Both the position numbers and the translations under genes were made by a program. Shown piece after piece: positions 16,982 through 27,420 of a stretch of 64,000 nucleotides of DNA (the first letter of the stretch is position 1; every line of letters starts with the position of its first letter). The notes under the pieces were generated by a model. That model was not told the origin of the DNA. It was given only the letters and a program-made list of their open reading frames with translations, and did not search any database. This DNA is from Bacilli bacterium (GTDB taxonomy: Bacteria; Bacillota_I; Bacilli_A; RF39; UBA660): the NCBI GenBank assembly GCA_017409025.1, contig JAFQTN010000001.1, positions 71,088-135,087 on the forward strand, written 5' to 3'.

Positions 16982-17038
16982 ATAGCTCTCTCAAGGCTAC
17001 ATTCATGGGTTCGAACCCCATACGGGTCACCATTATTA
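16982..17038 (+). repeat. Direct repeat, right copy (orphan 3' half of tRNA-Glu; att-like)
   Basis: ATAGCTCTCTCAAGGCTACATTCATGGGTTCGAACCCCATACGGGTCACCATTATTA. There is no acceptor 5' strand or D-arm upstream. Confidence 0.8.
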
Positions 17039-17077
17039 GAAAATAAAAAAAGCTACTTATAAAGTAACTTTTTTTCA

Positions 17078-17587
17078 TTATCTAGTCATTAATAATAACA
17101 TAAAAACATAAGTATATTTGAATCTATAATTGAATTTACATCCAAACCCTCTAACAAGTTCTTTAAATCCAACAACTTTATCAACTAAATTAACTAAAAC
17201 ACTTTCTTTATATTTAGGAATTGCCAAATAAATAGGGAACATATGACTTACAATAATATCTTTTTCCAAATCATTTATATCAAAATTATTCATTGATGTA
17301 TTTAGTGCTTTCTTAGGATGAGTAAAAGTATCTAAGAATTTTCTTTTAGTATTTCTCTCATCACCATCTAAGAAAAAGTCGTGTAATAATCCACCACGAG
17401 CAACACTAACATAATCCATTTTAAGTTTTTTAGCAATTCTATATGAATAATAAGAAATCTTAATAGAGTGTTCCATTCTACTAATTCCATGATGTTCTAT
17501 ATTATAAATTTTCTTAAATTCTACATTTCTAAATATATCTTTAACAATTTTTTTATACTCTTTATCTTTTTTGACAGTATATAACAT
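17078..17587 (-). CDS. HD-domain phosphohydrolase
   Basis: HGISRMEHS ... GGLLHDFF (H..HD motif). Confidence 0.7.
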   Translation of the reverse strand: MLYTVKKDKEYKKIVKDIFRNVEFKKIYNIEHHGISRMEHSIKISYYSYRIAKKLKMDYVSVARGGLLHDFFLDGDERNTKRKFLDTFTHPKKALNTSMNNFDINDLEKDIIVSHMFPIYLAIPKYKESVLVNLVDKVVGFKELVRGFGCKFNYRFKYTYVFMLLLMTR

Positions 17588-17745
17588 ACAGCACCTCTAA
17601 ATCATTTTATTCTTTTCCACGAAACTAAGTTTACTACAAATATATTATTTTGTCAAATAAACTATATATTATTTAGAAAAATGATATGTAAAATCTATAA
17701 AAAAGTTATATCTTATGGTATAATTAACCTAAAGGTTGTGATTAT

Positions 17746-18318
17746 ATGAAAGAACCGCTACTTTATAGAATTTTAATACCTTTAAATAAGTTGTTTATAC
17801 ACATATTTAAACCAACTTATATTAATAAATCAAATATTCCTAAAATAGGTAGAATAATTTTAGCTGGTAATCATACATCTAAATTAGATCCACTATTGCT
17901 AATGTCTTCTACAAATAGATGTATTCACTTTTTAGCGAAAATAGAACTATTTAAAGGAGTAAAAAAATTCTTTTTCAAAAATCTAGGTATTATTCCTGTA
18001 GATAGAAAAAGAAAAAATCCAGAAGCAATAAATCTTGCTAATGAATATTTGTTAGATAATAAAGTAATAGGTATTTTTCCTGAATCAACAATAAATAAAA
18101 CCAAAGAAACGATAATGCCATTTAAATATGGAGCAGTATCAATGGCTTATAAAACAGATAGTGTAATAGTTCCATTTGCGATAACTAAAAAATATAAATT
18201 TCTAAAAAAATCAGTATGTATTGTCTTTGGAGAACCATATAAAGTAAGTGGTATTGTTGAAAAAGATAATCAAATATTAGAAAATAAAGTAATAGAATTA
18301 ATAAGGAGGAACCAGTGA
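17746..18318 (+). CDS. 1-acyl-sn-glycerol-3-phosphate acyltransferase family, paralog 1
   Basis: NHTSKLD (NHxxxxD) and FPESTINK blocks. Confidence 0.8.
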   Translation: MKEPLLYRILIPLNKLFIHIFKPTYINKSNIPKIGRIILAGNHTSKLDPLLLMSSTNRCIHFLAKIELFKGVKKFFFKNLGIIPVDRKRKNPEAINLANEYLLDNKVIGIFPESTINKTKETIMPFKYGAVSMAYKTDSVIVPFAITKKYKFLKKSVCIVFGEPYKVSGIVEKDNQILENKVIELIRRNQ

Positions 18319-18896
18319 AAGAAAAATATAAAAAGACATATACAGTTTTAAAAACAATATTAAAAATTCCATTTAAATTATGGTATAATCCTAAAATAAT
18401 AGGTGCAAATAATATCCCTCAAAAAGGAGCGCTTATAGTTTGCGCCAACCATAAACATATAATGGATCAATGTCCAATATTAATATCAACTAAAAGAATG
18501 GTCCACTATATGGCAAAAAAAGAATATTTTGATGGAAAATTTGCATGGTTCTTCAAAGTAAGTGGTTGCATTCCTGTAAATAGAAGTATAAAAGATACTG
18601 AGGCAAAAGAAAGAGCCCTAAAATTATTAAAAGAAGGATACGCTGTTGGTTTATTCCCAGAAGGAACTCGTAACAAAACTGATGAAGTTTTATTACCTTT
18701 TAAATATGGAGCAGTATCAATGGCAAAAAAAACAGATGCATATATCTTACCCGTAGGAATAAGTGGAGAATATAAATTCAGAAGCGACAATTTAATAGTA
18801 AAAATTGGAAAACCATTTAAAATAAATAACATGGAATTAGAAGAAGCAAATAATTTATTAAAAGATAAAATTCTTGAATTAATAGAAAACAAATAA
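18315..18896 (+). CDS. 1-acyl-sn-glycerol-3-phosphate acyltransferase family, paralog 2
   Basis: NHKHIMD and FPEGTRNK blocks. The GTG start overlaps the upstream stop (GTGA). Confidence 0.8.
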   Translation: MKEKYKKTYTVLKTILKIPFKLWYNPKIIGANNIPQKGALIVCANHKHIMDQCPILISTKRMVHYMAKKEYFDGKFAWFFKVSGCIPVNRSIKDTEAKERALKLLKEGYAVGLFPEGTRNKTDEVLLPFKYGAVSMAKKTDAYILPVGISGEYKFRSDNLIVKIGKPFKINNMELEEANNLLKDKILELIENK

Positions 18897-18921
18897 AGAT
18901 ATCGAAGGATGTGATGATATT

Positions 18922-20067
18922 TTGGAAAGAAAAAAAGTACTAATCACATATGCAACATATGGATCAGGACATAAAACAGTAGCCAATTATATATATGACT
19001 ATTTAAAAAAATATAGTGATTATGAAATAAAAATAATTGATTTAATGGACTATGAAAATATTGTTGGCTTAATAAGTAAAAAAGCATTCGAACAAAACTT
19101 TAAATCTAAAGCAAGTAGTATTTTTTTCAGTATAATATATACTTTATTTGATACAAAAACTACAACAATTCCATATAGGCAAATAACTAAAGCTGTATTT
19201 AATAATAAAAAGTTAACAAACGATATTATTTCCTTCAATCCTGATTTATTAATATCATCACATTTTTTTGGAAACATCATATTAGGTATGTTAAATAAGA
19301 AAAAATTAACTAATAGTAAAATAATTAGTATTATAACAGACTATAAATCTCACAAGATGTGGCTAAAAGATGAAAAATCAATTGATGCATTAATTGTAAG
19401 TAATGATATTGTAAAAAATGAATTAATCAAAAATAAAATCGATAGTGAAAAAATATATTCGTTTGGAATACCTATTAAAGAAGATTTTTCAAAAATTGAA
19501 AATATAAAAGAAACAAAACAAAAATACAAAGTAGATAATGACAAAAAAACATTTTTATTTTTTGCCGGTGGTTCTGCTGGCTCATCATTTTCGTATAAAT
19601 ATTTTAAAAAATTACTTGAAGCAGAATATGATATAAATATTATCTATGTGTGCGGAAAAAATGAAAAACTAAAAAATAAAGCAGATAAAATAATAAAAAA
19701 ACATCAATATAAAAATGCATACACACTAGGATTTTCCAAAGAAGTAAATAAACTTCTTTCAATAAGTGATGTAGTCATAACAAAACCTGGTGGATTAAGT
19801 ATAACAGAGTGCCTAGAAATGAAAAAACCAATGTTATTAATCTCGGGAAATGGTGGACAAGAAATATATAATGCAAAGTTTGTATGTAAACACGGTTATG
19901 GCATGAATTGTTTAACTAGCAGACATCTAGTAAAAAATGTCGAAAAAATATTAAAAACAAAAACATTATTATTTTCAATGGGAAATAAATTAAAAAAATA
20001 CAATGACAATAAATCAGTAGAAAAAATATATAATTTATCAAAAAAAATTTTGAAAAATAAAGTATAA
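18922..20067 (+). CDS. Diacylglycerol glycosyltransferase (UgtP / MGDG-synthase-like, GT28)
   Basis: N-terminal YGSGHK motif and C-terminal [14 protein letters not shown] start; no in-frame ATG upstream. Confidence 0.7.
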   Translation: MERKKVLITYATYGSGHKTVANYIYDYLKKYSDYEIKIIDLMDYENIVGLISKKAFEQNFKSKASSIFFSIIYTLFDTKTTTIPYRQITKAVFNNKKLTNDIISFNPDLLISSHFFGNIILGMLNKKKLTNSKIISIITDYKSHKMWLKDEKSIDALIVSNDIVKNELIKNKIDSEKIYSFGIPIKEDFSKIENIKETKQKYKVDNDKKTFLFFAGGSAGSSFSYKYFKKLLEAEYDINIIYVCGKNEKLKNKADKIIKKHQYKNAYTLGFSKEVNKLLSISDVVITKPGGLSITECLEMKKPMLLISGNGGQEIYNAKFVCKHGYGMNCLTSRHLVKNVEKILKTKTLLFSMGNKLKKYNDNKSVEKIYNLSKKILKNKV

Positions 20068-20081
20068 ATAAGGAGATAAAA

Positions 20082-21293
20082 ATGGATAAAAGAATTATAG
20101 AAATATTAGAAAAAGAAACAGAAAGACAAAAAAATAATATAGAATTAATAGCTAGTGAAAACTATGTCTCAAAAGAAGTAATGAAATTACAAGGAAGCAT
20201 CTTCACAAATAAATATGCAGAAGGTTACCCATCAAAAAGGTATTATGGTGGCTGTGAATATGTAGACATGGTTGAAAATCTAGCAATTGAATACTTACAA
20301 AAAATATTTGGATGCAAATATGCTAATGTTCAACCACACTCCGGTTCAAGTGCCAACATGGCTGTATATCGTTCACTACTAAACCCAAAAGATAAAGTAA
20401 TGGGAATGAACTTAAGCCATGGTGGACACCTTACACATGGTCACAAGTTAAGTTTTAGTGGTCAAGATTATGAAATTATATCATATGATCTAGATCCAGA
20501 AACAGAATTAATTAACTATGATGCCCTAAAAGAATTGGTATTAAAAGAAAAGCCTAAAATGATAATTGCTGGGGCAAGTGCTTATTCAAGAGAAATAGAC
20601 TTTAAAAAGTTTAGAGAAATAGCTGATCTAGTAGATGCTTACTTAATGGTAGATATGGCTCACATAGCAGGACTAGTTGCAGCAGATCTTCATCAAAATC
20701 CAGTACCATATGCCCACGTTGTAACATCTACTACACACAAAACATTAAGAGGACCTAGAGGTGGAATAATTTTAACTAATGATGAAGAAATTATCAAGAA
20801 AATAAATAAAACAATATTCCCAGGAATCCAAGGGGGCCCATTAATGCACGTAATTGCTGCTAAAGCTCAATGTTTTTACGAAGCATTACAACCTTCATTC
20901 AGAGAATATGCAAATCAAGTTATTAAAAATGCAAAAGCCCTGTGCGAAACACTAAAAGAAGAAGGTTTTAGAATAGTATCAGAAAAAACAGAAAATCATC
21001 TTATACTAGTAGATGTAAAAAGTAATCTAGGAATAACAGGAAAAGAAGCAGAAATTGCTCTAGACAAAATTAATATTACAGCAAATAAAAATACTATTCC
21101 GAATGAAACAGAACCAGCAAACATAACTTCAGGAATTAGATTAGGTACACCAGCAATGACAACAAGAGGATTCACTGAAGAAGACTTTGTCAAAGTAGGA
21201 AGAATCATATCACAATGCCTAAAAAATATTGATAATGAAGAAATTCAAGAAAAATTGAGAAAAGAAGTTTTAGAATTAACAAAGAATCGTTAA
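20082..21293 (+). CDS. glyA: Serine hydroxymethyltransferase
   Basis: LIASENY.., GGHLTHG and [14 protein letters not shown] (PLP lysine). Confidence 0.95.
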   Translation: MDKRIIEILEKETERQKNNIELIASENYVSKEVMKLQGSIFTNKYAEGYPSKRYYGGCEYVDMVENLAIEYLQKIFGCKYANVQPHSGSSANMAVYRSLLNPKDKVMGMNLSHGGHLTHGHKLSFSGQDYEIISYDLDPETELINYDALKELVLKEKPKMIIAGASAYSREIDFKKFREIADLVDAYLMVDMAHIAGLVAADLHQNPVPYAHVVTSTTHKTLRGPRGGIILTNDEEIIKKINKTIFPGIQGGPLMHVIAAKAQCFYEALQPSFREYANQVIKNAKALCETLKEEGFRIVSEKTENHLILVDVKSNLGITGKEAEIALDKINITANKNTIPNETEPANITSGIRLGTPAMTTRGFTEEDFVKVGRIISQCLKNIDNEEIQEKLRKEVLELTKNR

Positions 21294-21357
21294 TTCTTTT
21301 TCTTTACATAAAAATAAATTTATATTATAATTTATATAAGATAGGGTAGTGTGATAT

Positions 21358-23010
21358 ATGATGAAAAAATATTTGAAATATATATGCGTATTATTTATCA
21401 ATCTAGTAATATTAACAACACCAACAATCATAAAAGCAGACGGAATTACCCTAAGTAAGAGTAAAATAACAATAGGTATTGGTTCATCAGAAATATTAAA
21501 ATACACGCTCAAAGAAGGGGTAAATAACTCTAATATAATATGGAAAAGTAGTAATTCTAGTGTTGCGACAGTACAAAATGGGAGAGTGACAGGATTATCT
21601 GAAGGAACTACCATTATAACTGCAATAGTAGGAAGTCAACAATCAACATGTAAAGTAACTGTAACATCAAATTTTGTAGCAGTAAGTGGCATAAAATTAA
21701 ACAAATCTAGCTTAAGTATACTGATAGGTTCATCAGAAACACTCACAAAAATAATTAGTCCATCTAATGCGACTAATCAAGATGTTACTTGGAGTAGTAG
21801 TAATCCAAGCGTTGCAACAGTACAAAATGGCAAAGTAACAGCAAAAAAAGTAGGAACAACTATTATAACAGCATCATCATCTGGATATAATGCCACATGT
21901 AAAGTAACAGTTATAGATACAGTAGCATTGAAAAAAATATCCCTAAATAAAACAAGTTTAACAATAAAAGAAAAAGCGACAGAACAATTAAAAATAACAT
22001 ATACCCCAAGTAATGCTACAAATAAAAAAGTAACATGGAAAAGTAGTAACAATAATGTTGTAACTGTTTCTTCAACTGGTAAAATAACGGGTGTAACTTC
22101 TGGAACAGCCACTATAACAGCAATATCAAATGATGGAGGATATGCAGCTACATGTAAGGTAACAGTAGAAGCAATTTCTAAAAACGTAACAAATGTATCA
22201 TTGGATAAAAAAGAATTGAAACTAACCACAGGTGATACCCAAACATTAAAAGTAACTATAAATCCAAGCTATGCTGAAAATAAAAATGTTATTTGGAGTA
22301 GTAGTGATGAAAGCATTGCTAAAGTAGAAAATGGTACAATTAAAGCACTATCTCCAGGAACAGCTGAAATAAAAGTAATAACAGAGGACGGAAATAAAGA
22401 AGCATTATGTAAAGTAACTGTAGCATCTCCTCCAATAAAAGGAATTTCATTTGCTGAAGAATCGCAAACAGTTTATGTTCGTAGTGAAACTATTTTAACA
22501 CCACTTGCTGATCCAGAAAATGCCTTTTTAGAAAATGCTATTTGGACAAGTAGTAATGAAGAAATAGCAACAGTAACAGAAGGTGTAGTTAAGGCTCTTT
22601 CTTTAGGAGAAACTACTATAACTGTATCAAATCAAGATAATAGTTTAAATGCATCTATTAATATAATTGTTATTAATAAACCAAAAGAAAAATTAAATAT
22701 AACAATTGATGGATATGATTTGAAATTTAATCCTGATGTTAAAGATTATACTCTAGAAATAGGAACAGAAAGTTCATTAACAATTAATACTAACGTAAGC
22801 AAAGAAAAAGTAACTATAAATGGTAATAAAAATTTAAAAAATGGCAGTATAATAACTATAACAATAACTGATGAAGAAAAAGCAATTTATGTAATAAATA
22901 TAAAGAAAAAAGGAAATTATACTATATATTTTATTGCTGCAATATCAGTTCTACTGCTTATAAATTTAATAAGAATATTAATAAAAAATAAAAAGAAATC
23001 AGAAGAATAA
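21358..23010 (+). CDS. Surface protein with about six Big_2 Ig-like repeats, a cadherin-like domain and a C-terminal TM anchor
   Basis: Repeats W.SSN..VATV.NG.VT....G...ITA.....A.CKVTV, then DGYDLKFNPDVKDYTLEI and a terminal hydrophobic helix + KKKK. Confidence 0.7.
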   Translation: MMKKYLKYICVLFINLVILTTPTIIKADGITLSKSKITIGIGSSEILKYTLKEGVNNSNIIWKSSNSSVATVQNGRVTGLSEGTTIITAIVGSQQSTCKVTVTSNFVAVSGIKLNKSSLSILIGSSETLTKIISPSNATNQDVTWSSSNPSVATVQNGKVTAKKVGTTIITASSSGYNATCKVTVIDTVALKKISLNKTSLTIKEKATEQLKITYTPSNATNKKVTWKSSNNNVVTVSSTGKITGVTSGTATITAISNDGGYAATCKVTVEAISKNVTNVSLDKKELKLTTGDTQTLKVTINPSYAENKNVIWSSSDESIAKVENGTIKALSPGTAEIKVITEDGNKEALCKVTVASPPIKGISFAEESQTVYVRSETILTPLADPENAFLENAIWTSSNEEIATVTEGVVKALSLGETTITVSNQDNSLNASINIIVINKPKEKLNITIDGYDLKFNPDVKDYTLEIGTESSLTINTNVSKEKVTINGNKNLKNGSIITITITDEEKAIYVINIKKKGNYTIYFIAAISVLLLINLIRILIKNKKKSEE

Positions 23011-23090
23011 AGTAAGTTTTATATAGCTTACTTTTTTCTTGACAAAAATTATATTAACTCCTTGTTGAAAATAAAAAAATTTCAAAATAA

Positions 23091-23127
23091 AAAAAGTAAT
23101 TTAAAAAGTTTTTACGAATAATACTAT
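23091..23127 (+). promoter_or_regulatory. com-box-like bipartite promoter, copy B (comEA-comEC)
   Basis: AAAAAGTAAT (23091-23100), 12-nt spacer, TACGAATAATAC (23113-23124). Confidence 0.55.
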
Positions 23128-23152
23128 TGAAGGACCAATAAAGGAGGTAAAT

Positions 23153-23833
23153 ATGAAATTAATTAGAAAACTAAAATATCCAATAACCATAATCTTATTT
23201 ATATTAATAATTCTCTATGTAATCTATATAAAGAATAATTTAAATAATTCTAAATATGAAAATATAGTTATAGAAAATGATATTTTAAAAGAAGAAACTG
23301 ATGTAAAAGATGAAGAAGATATTATTAAATATAATGTTGATATAAAAGGAGCTATAAAAAATCCCGGAGTATATCAAGTAGACAGTAATTTAACAGTTAA
23401 TGATGTTATTGATATAGCTGGTGGATTAACAAAAGATGCTGATACTTCAGTAATAAATTTAGCAAAGAAAATCACTGATGAAATGGTTATAATTATTTAT
23501 ACTAAAGAAGAAGTAAAAAATTCTAATATTGTAGATACTGTAATAAAAGTAGTTGAAAAAGAATGTGTATGTCCTAATATACAAAATGATGGATGTTTAA
23601 ATACTGAAATAAAAGATAATATTACAAATAGTGAAAATAATAATTTAGTAAATATTAATACAGCTACTAAAGAAGAATTACAAACTATTAAAGGCATTGG
23701 AGAAAGTAAAGCAGATAGTATTATTAAATATAGAGAACAAAATGGTAATTTTAAAACAATTGAAGATATAAAAAATGTTGAAGGTATAGGAGATACATTA
23801 TACGAGACTATTAAAATATATCTTACAACATAG
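23153..23833 (+). CDS. comEA: Competence protein ComEA (DNA receptor)
   Basis: TM helix, SLBB-like IKGAIKNPGVY, and C-terminal HhH VNINTATKEELQTIKGIGESKADSIIKYRE. Confidence 0.85.
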   Translation: MKLIRKLKYPITIILFILIILYVIYIKNNLNNSKYENIVIENDILKEETDVKDEEDIIKYNVDIKGAIKNPGVYQVDSNLTVNDVIDIAGGLTKDADTSVINLAKKITDEMVIIIYTKEEVKNSNIVDTVIKVVEKECVCPNIQNDGCLNTEIKDNITNSENNNLVNINTATKEELQTIKGIGESKADSIIKYREQNGNFKTIEDIKNVEGIGDTLYETIKIYLTT

Positions 23834-24032
23834 ATATTATATAAAAATAACAACTATATTTTTTTTAATAATAATTATAATATTCACTATCGTATATAAA
23901 AAAGAAAGTATTTATAATGGAAATGAAACAGAAATAGAAGGAATAGTATATAAAAAGAAACAAACTAAAAATAAATTAACACTATATATAAAAGCAAAAG
24001 AAAAAATAGTTATAAATTACTACTCTGAAGAA

Positions 24033-25850
24033 GTGATAAATATTAATTTAGGTGATGAAATAAAAGTAACTGGTACTCTAAAAGTACCACCTAGTAACAC
24101 AATACCTAATCTATTTAATTATAAAAAATATTTATATTATAATGATATATACTATACAGTAACAGCTACCAGTATTGAAAAGACATCAAATAACACTAAT
24201 ATAATATATTATATAAAAGATACAATTTCTTCTAGAATAGATAAAATATATAAATCAAATGAATATATCAAAATATTTCTACTAGGAGATACTTCTTTAT
24301 TAGATGAAAACATTAATGAAAGTTATAGACAAAATGGAATATCTCATTTATTTTCAATATCCGGTATGCATATAAGTCTATTCGCATCAATTATTTTATA
24401 TATCTTAAAAAGAATATCCTATAATAACTATTATAATTATGGAATAGTTATCTTATTTTTATTCGTATATACATTATTAGTTGGTCCTTCACCATCTGTT
24501 ATAAGAAGTTTAATAATGTATATCATATTCTCAATAAATAAAGTGTTTAATTTAAAAACTAAAAACATTGACATAATGTGTTTAGTATTAATTATAATGT
24601 TATTAATTAATCCATATTATTTATATAATATTTCATTTCAATATTCATATTTAATTTCTTTTACTTTAATATTGTTTAGTAACAAAATAAAAAATATCAA
24701 GAATAAAATTAATAAAAGTTTGTATATCTCATTTGTTTCATTTTTAGTATCTTTCCCTATATGTATATATAATTTTTATCAAGTAAATATTATTTCAATA
24801 TTCCTAAATTTATTAGTGATTCCTCTAGTGAATATTTTTATTTTTCCACTTTCATTAATAAGTTTCATTATCCCAAAAATAAGTTATATACTATCTTTAT
24901 TTACAAATATTCTTCAAAGTATATCATTATTTATATATAACAATGATTTTGGAGTAATCATATTCCCTAAATCCAGTATCTTACTAGTGATAATATACTA
25001 TATATTTATATATTCTTACTTATATAACAAAAAGATAATTTTAATTTATCTACTTATGTTTGCACATAAATTTTATAATTATATAGATACTTCAATGGAA
25101 GTAATTTCATTAGATGTAGGCCAAGGAGATTCTGTGTTAATTAAGTACCCATATAATGAGGCAAATATTTTAATAGATACCGGGGGAATATCAAATAGCG
25201 ATTACAGTATAACTATAAATAAAACAACTCCATATTTAAAAAGTGTTGGAATAACGCACATAGACTACCTAATTATTACACATGGCGACTACGATCATAT
25301 GGGTGAAGCAATTAATTTAGTAGAAAACTTTAAGGTAGAGAAAGTAATCTTTAATTGCGGTCAGTTTAATAATTTAGAAAAAGATCTAATTAAAGTTTTG
25401 AATAAAAAGAAAATCCCATATTATTCTTGTATTAAAGAATTAAATATAGATGATAATAAATTATACTTTTTAAATAATAAAGAATATAGTAACGAGAATG
25501 ATAATTCATCAGTAATTTATACTGAACTAAATAAGCGTAAATTTCTATTTATGGGAGATGCAGGAATAGAGGTTGAAGAAGACTTAATTGAAAAATATAA
25601 CTTGCAAGATATTGATATTTTAAAAGTAGGACATCACGGAAGCAAGACAAGTTCTTCAAAAGAATTTATTAATGAAATTAATCCGAAATATTCAATTATA
25701 AGTGTAGGAAAAAATAATAGATATGGTCATCCGAATGATAGTGTATTAGAAAATTTAGATAATTCAAAAATATATAGGACAGATCAAGATGGAAGTATTA
25801 TGTTTGAGATTAAGAATAATAAACTAAAAGTTGAGACGAGTGTACCATAG
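24033..25850 (+). CDS. comEC: DNA internalization competence protein ComEC/Rec2 (with C-terminal metallo-beta-lactamase domain)
   Basis: Competence domain ..YRQNGISHLFSISGMHI.. and MBL LDVGQGDS..HGDYDH..VGHHGS. The first canonical start is GTG 24033, but the frame is open from 23790. Confidence 0.85.
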   Translation: MININLGDEIKVTGTLKVPPSNTIPNLFNYKKYLYYNDIYYTVTATSIEKTSNNTNIIYYIKDTISSRIDKIYKSNEYIKIFLLGDTSLLDENINESYRQNGISHLFSISGMHISLFASIILYILKRISYNNYYNYGIVILFLFVYTLLVGPSPSVIRSLIMYIIFSINKVFNLKTKNIDIMCLVLIIMLLINPYYLYNISFQYSYLISFTLILFSNKIKNIKNKINKSLYISFVSFLVSFPICIYNFYQVNIISIFLNLLVIPLVNIFIFPLSLISFIIPKISYILSLFTNILQSISLFIYNNDFGVIIFPKSSILLVIIYYIFIYSYLYNKKIILIYLLMFAHKFYNYIDTSMEVISLDVGQGDSVLIKYPYNEANILIDTGGISNSDYSITINKTTPYLKSVGITHIDYLIITHGDYDHMGEAINLVENFKVEKVIFNCGQFNNLEKDLIKVLNKKKIPYYSCIKELNIDDNKLYFLNNKEYSNENDNSSVIYTELNKRKFLFMGDAGIEVEEDLIEKYNLQDIDILKVGHHGSKTSSSKEFINEINPKYSIISVGKNNRYGHPNDSVLENLDNSKIYRTDQDGSIMFEIKNNKLKVETSVP

Positions 25851-25863
25851 AAAGGACAATTAT

Positions 25864-26697
25864 ATGAATGAGATAAAAAAATATACTGAAAAAATGCTTG
25901 AAGAGATAAAGCATATAGATAGAAATGGTAACGAATATTGGGAAGCAAGAGAATTGCAACCTATTTTAGAATATTCTCAATGGAGAAGATTTGAAAATGC
26001 AATAGATAAAGCTAAAATAGTATGCAAGAATTCAAAAGTAAATGTCGATGACCATTTTGCCAATGTCGGCAAAATGGTTCAAATAGGTTCAAAAACCAGG
26101 AGAGAATTAACAGACTATAAGTTATCAGGATATGCTTGTTATCTAATAGTTCAAAACGCCGATTCCAGAAAATATTGTATTGCTTTAGGACAAACTTACT
26201 TTGCTATTCAAACTAGAAAACAAGAATTAAATGAAAAAGAATATAATGAGCTTACGGAAGATGAAAAAAGATTTTATCAAAGAAATTTAACTAGAAAAGG
26301 AAATTATTCTTTGAATATTGCTGCAAAGAATGCTGGAGTTAAAAATTTTGATAAATTCCATAATTCAGGATGTAAAGATTTATATAATGGTGAAACAGCA
26401 AATGATATCGCCAAAAGAAAAAATCTGAGATATAGAGAAGATATATTAAACAATATTGGGAGTGATGAACTAATTGCAAATTTATTTAGAATTTATCAAG
26501 CAGAACAAAAATTAAGGAATGAAAATGTTAAGTTAGAAAATGAAGCAAATAAAACTCATTATGAGGTTGGAAAAGAAATTAGAAATACTATTAAGAAACT
26601 CGGTGTAACGATGCCAGAAAATCTTCCAACACCAGATAAAAGTTTAAAAGAATTGGAAAAGGAGAATAAAAATCAATTGCTTAATAAAAAGATGTGA
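25864..26697 (+). CDS. dinD: DNA-damage-inducible protein D (DinD)-like
   Basis: EYWEARELQPILEYSQWRRFENAI..LSGYACYLIVQNADSRK..GQTYFAIQTRKQEL matches E. coli DinD as recalled. ATG 25864 follows GAAAGGA. Confidence 0.7.
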   Translation: MNEIKKYTEKMLEEIKHIDRNGNEYWEARELQPILEYSQWRRFENAIDKAKIVCKNSKVNVDDHFANVGKMVQIGSKTRRELTDYKLSGYACYLIVQNADSRKYCIALGQTYFAIQTRKQELNEKEYNELTEDEKRFYQRNLTRKGNYSLNIAAKNAGVKNFDKFHNSGCKDLYNGETANDIAKRKNLRYREDILNNIGSDELIANLFRIYQAEQKLRNENVKLENEANKTHYEVGKEIRNTIKKLGVTMPENLPTPDKSLKELEKENKNQLLNKKM

Positions 26698-26724
26698 TAT
26701 AATCTTAATAGGAGATGAAATAAT

Positions 26725-27066
26725 ATGAATATTCAAATCAATAGAGTAAAAATTTTTGTTACAGTGCCTTGTGAAAATACAAAAGATGTAAGAAACGCAG
26801 TTTGTAAAGCTGGTGCTGGTATAATAGGAGAATATGAATATTGCACAACATCAGTTAAATCTATTGGAACTTTTATACCAAGTAGCAATGCTAACCCTTA
26901 TGTTGGTGAAAGTAATAAATTAGAAATAGTTGAAGAAGATAAATTAGAATTTATATGTGACGTTAATAAAGCAAAATATGTAATTAGCGAATTAAGAAAA
27001 GTACATCCTTATGAAGAACCGGCAATAGATATTGTTCCACTAATAGATGAAAATACATTAATATAA
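26725..27066 (+). CDS. Stand-alone NIF3/YqfO-insert-like (PII-like fold) protein
   Basis: AGAGIIGEYEYCT..GTFIPSSNANPYVGE...VHPYEEPAIDI parallels the C-terminal insert of B. subtilis YqfO. Confidence 0.5.
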   Translation: MNIQINRVKIFVTVPCENTKDVRNAVCKAGAGIIGEYEYCTTSVKSIGTFIPSSNANPYVGESNKLEIVEEDKLEFICDVNKAKYVISELRKVHPYEEPAIDIVPLIDENTLI

Positions 27067-27305
27067 TAAAATTAGAATTTTAAGAATTATCAAAACGATA
27101 GTTCTTTTTTCTTAGAAATAGCGAATTGAAAACATAACAATAGTTAACATGAGAAAATTATGTGCATATATATGAAGTAATTAACTCAATTAAAAAATTT
27201 TAAATCATAGAAAATTAAAATTAATTATAGTAAATTATTAAAAATAATAATCAAAAAAATTCCAAAACAATGTAAACATTTTTAATTATAGTGCATAATA
27301 TATAT

Positions 27306-27375
27306 TGTGCCGTAAGTTCGCAGGACTTGCGTTTATATAGATGAGAGCTAACTTAATTTGTTAGCTCTTTTTTTG
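27306..27375 (+). ncRNA. Candidate ~70-nt small RNA or orphan leader upstream of spoIIGA
   Basis: Weak promoter TGTAAA-N17-CATAAT (27271-27299). Hairpin CGTAAGT/ACTTGCG (27311-27331). Terminator AGAGCTAAC/GTTAGCTCT (27344-27368) + T6. Confidence 0.25.
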
Positions 27376-27420
27376 ACATATTACTATTTTTAAAAGATAT
27401 ATACTAATGATGGTGATTAT

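Noticed and set aside
17047-17075. Possible hairpin terminator between the right att repeat and the HD-domain gene.
   Set aside because: The stem is imperfect (AGCTACTT / AAGTAACT) with several mismatches, so it is not convincing.
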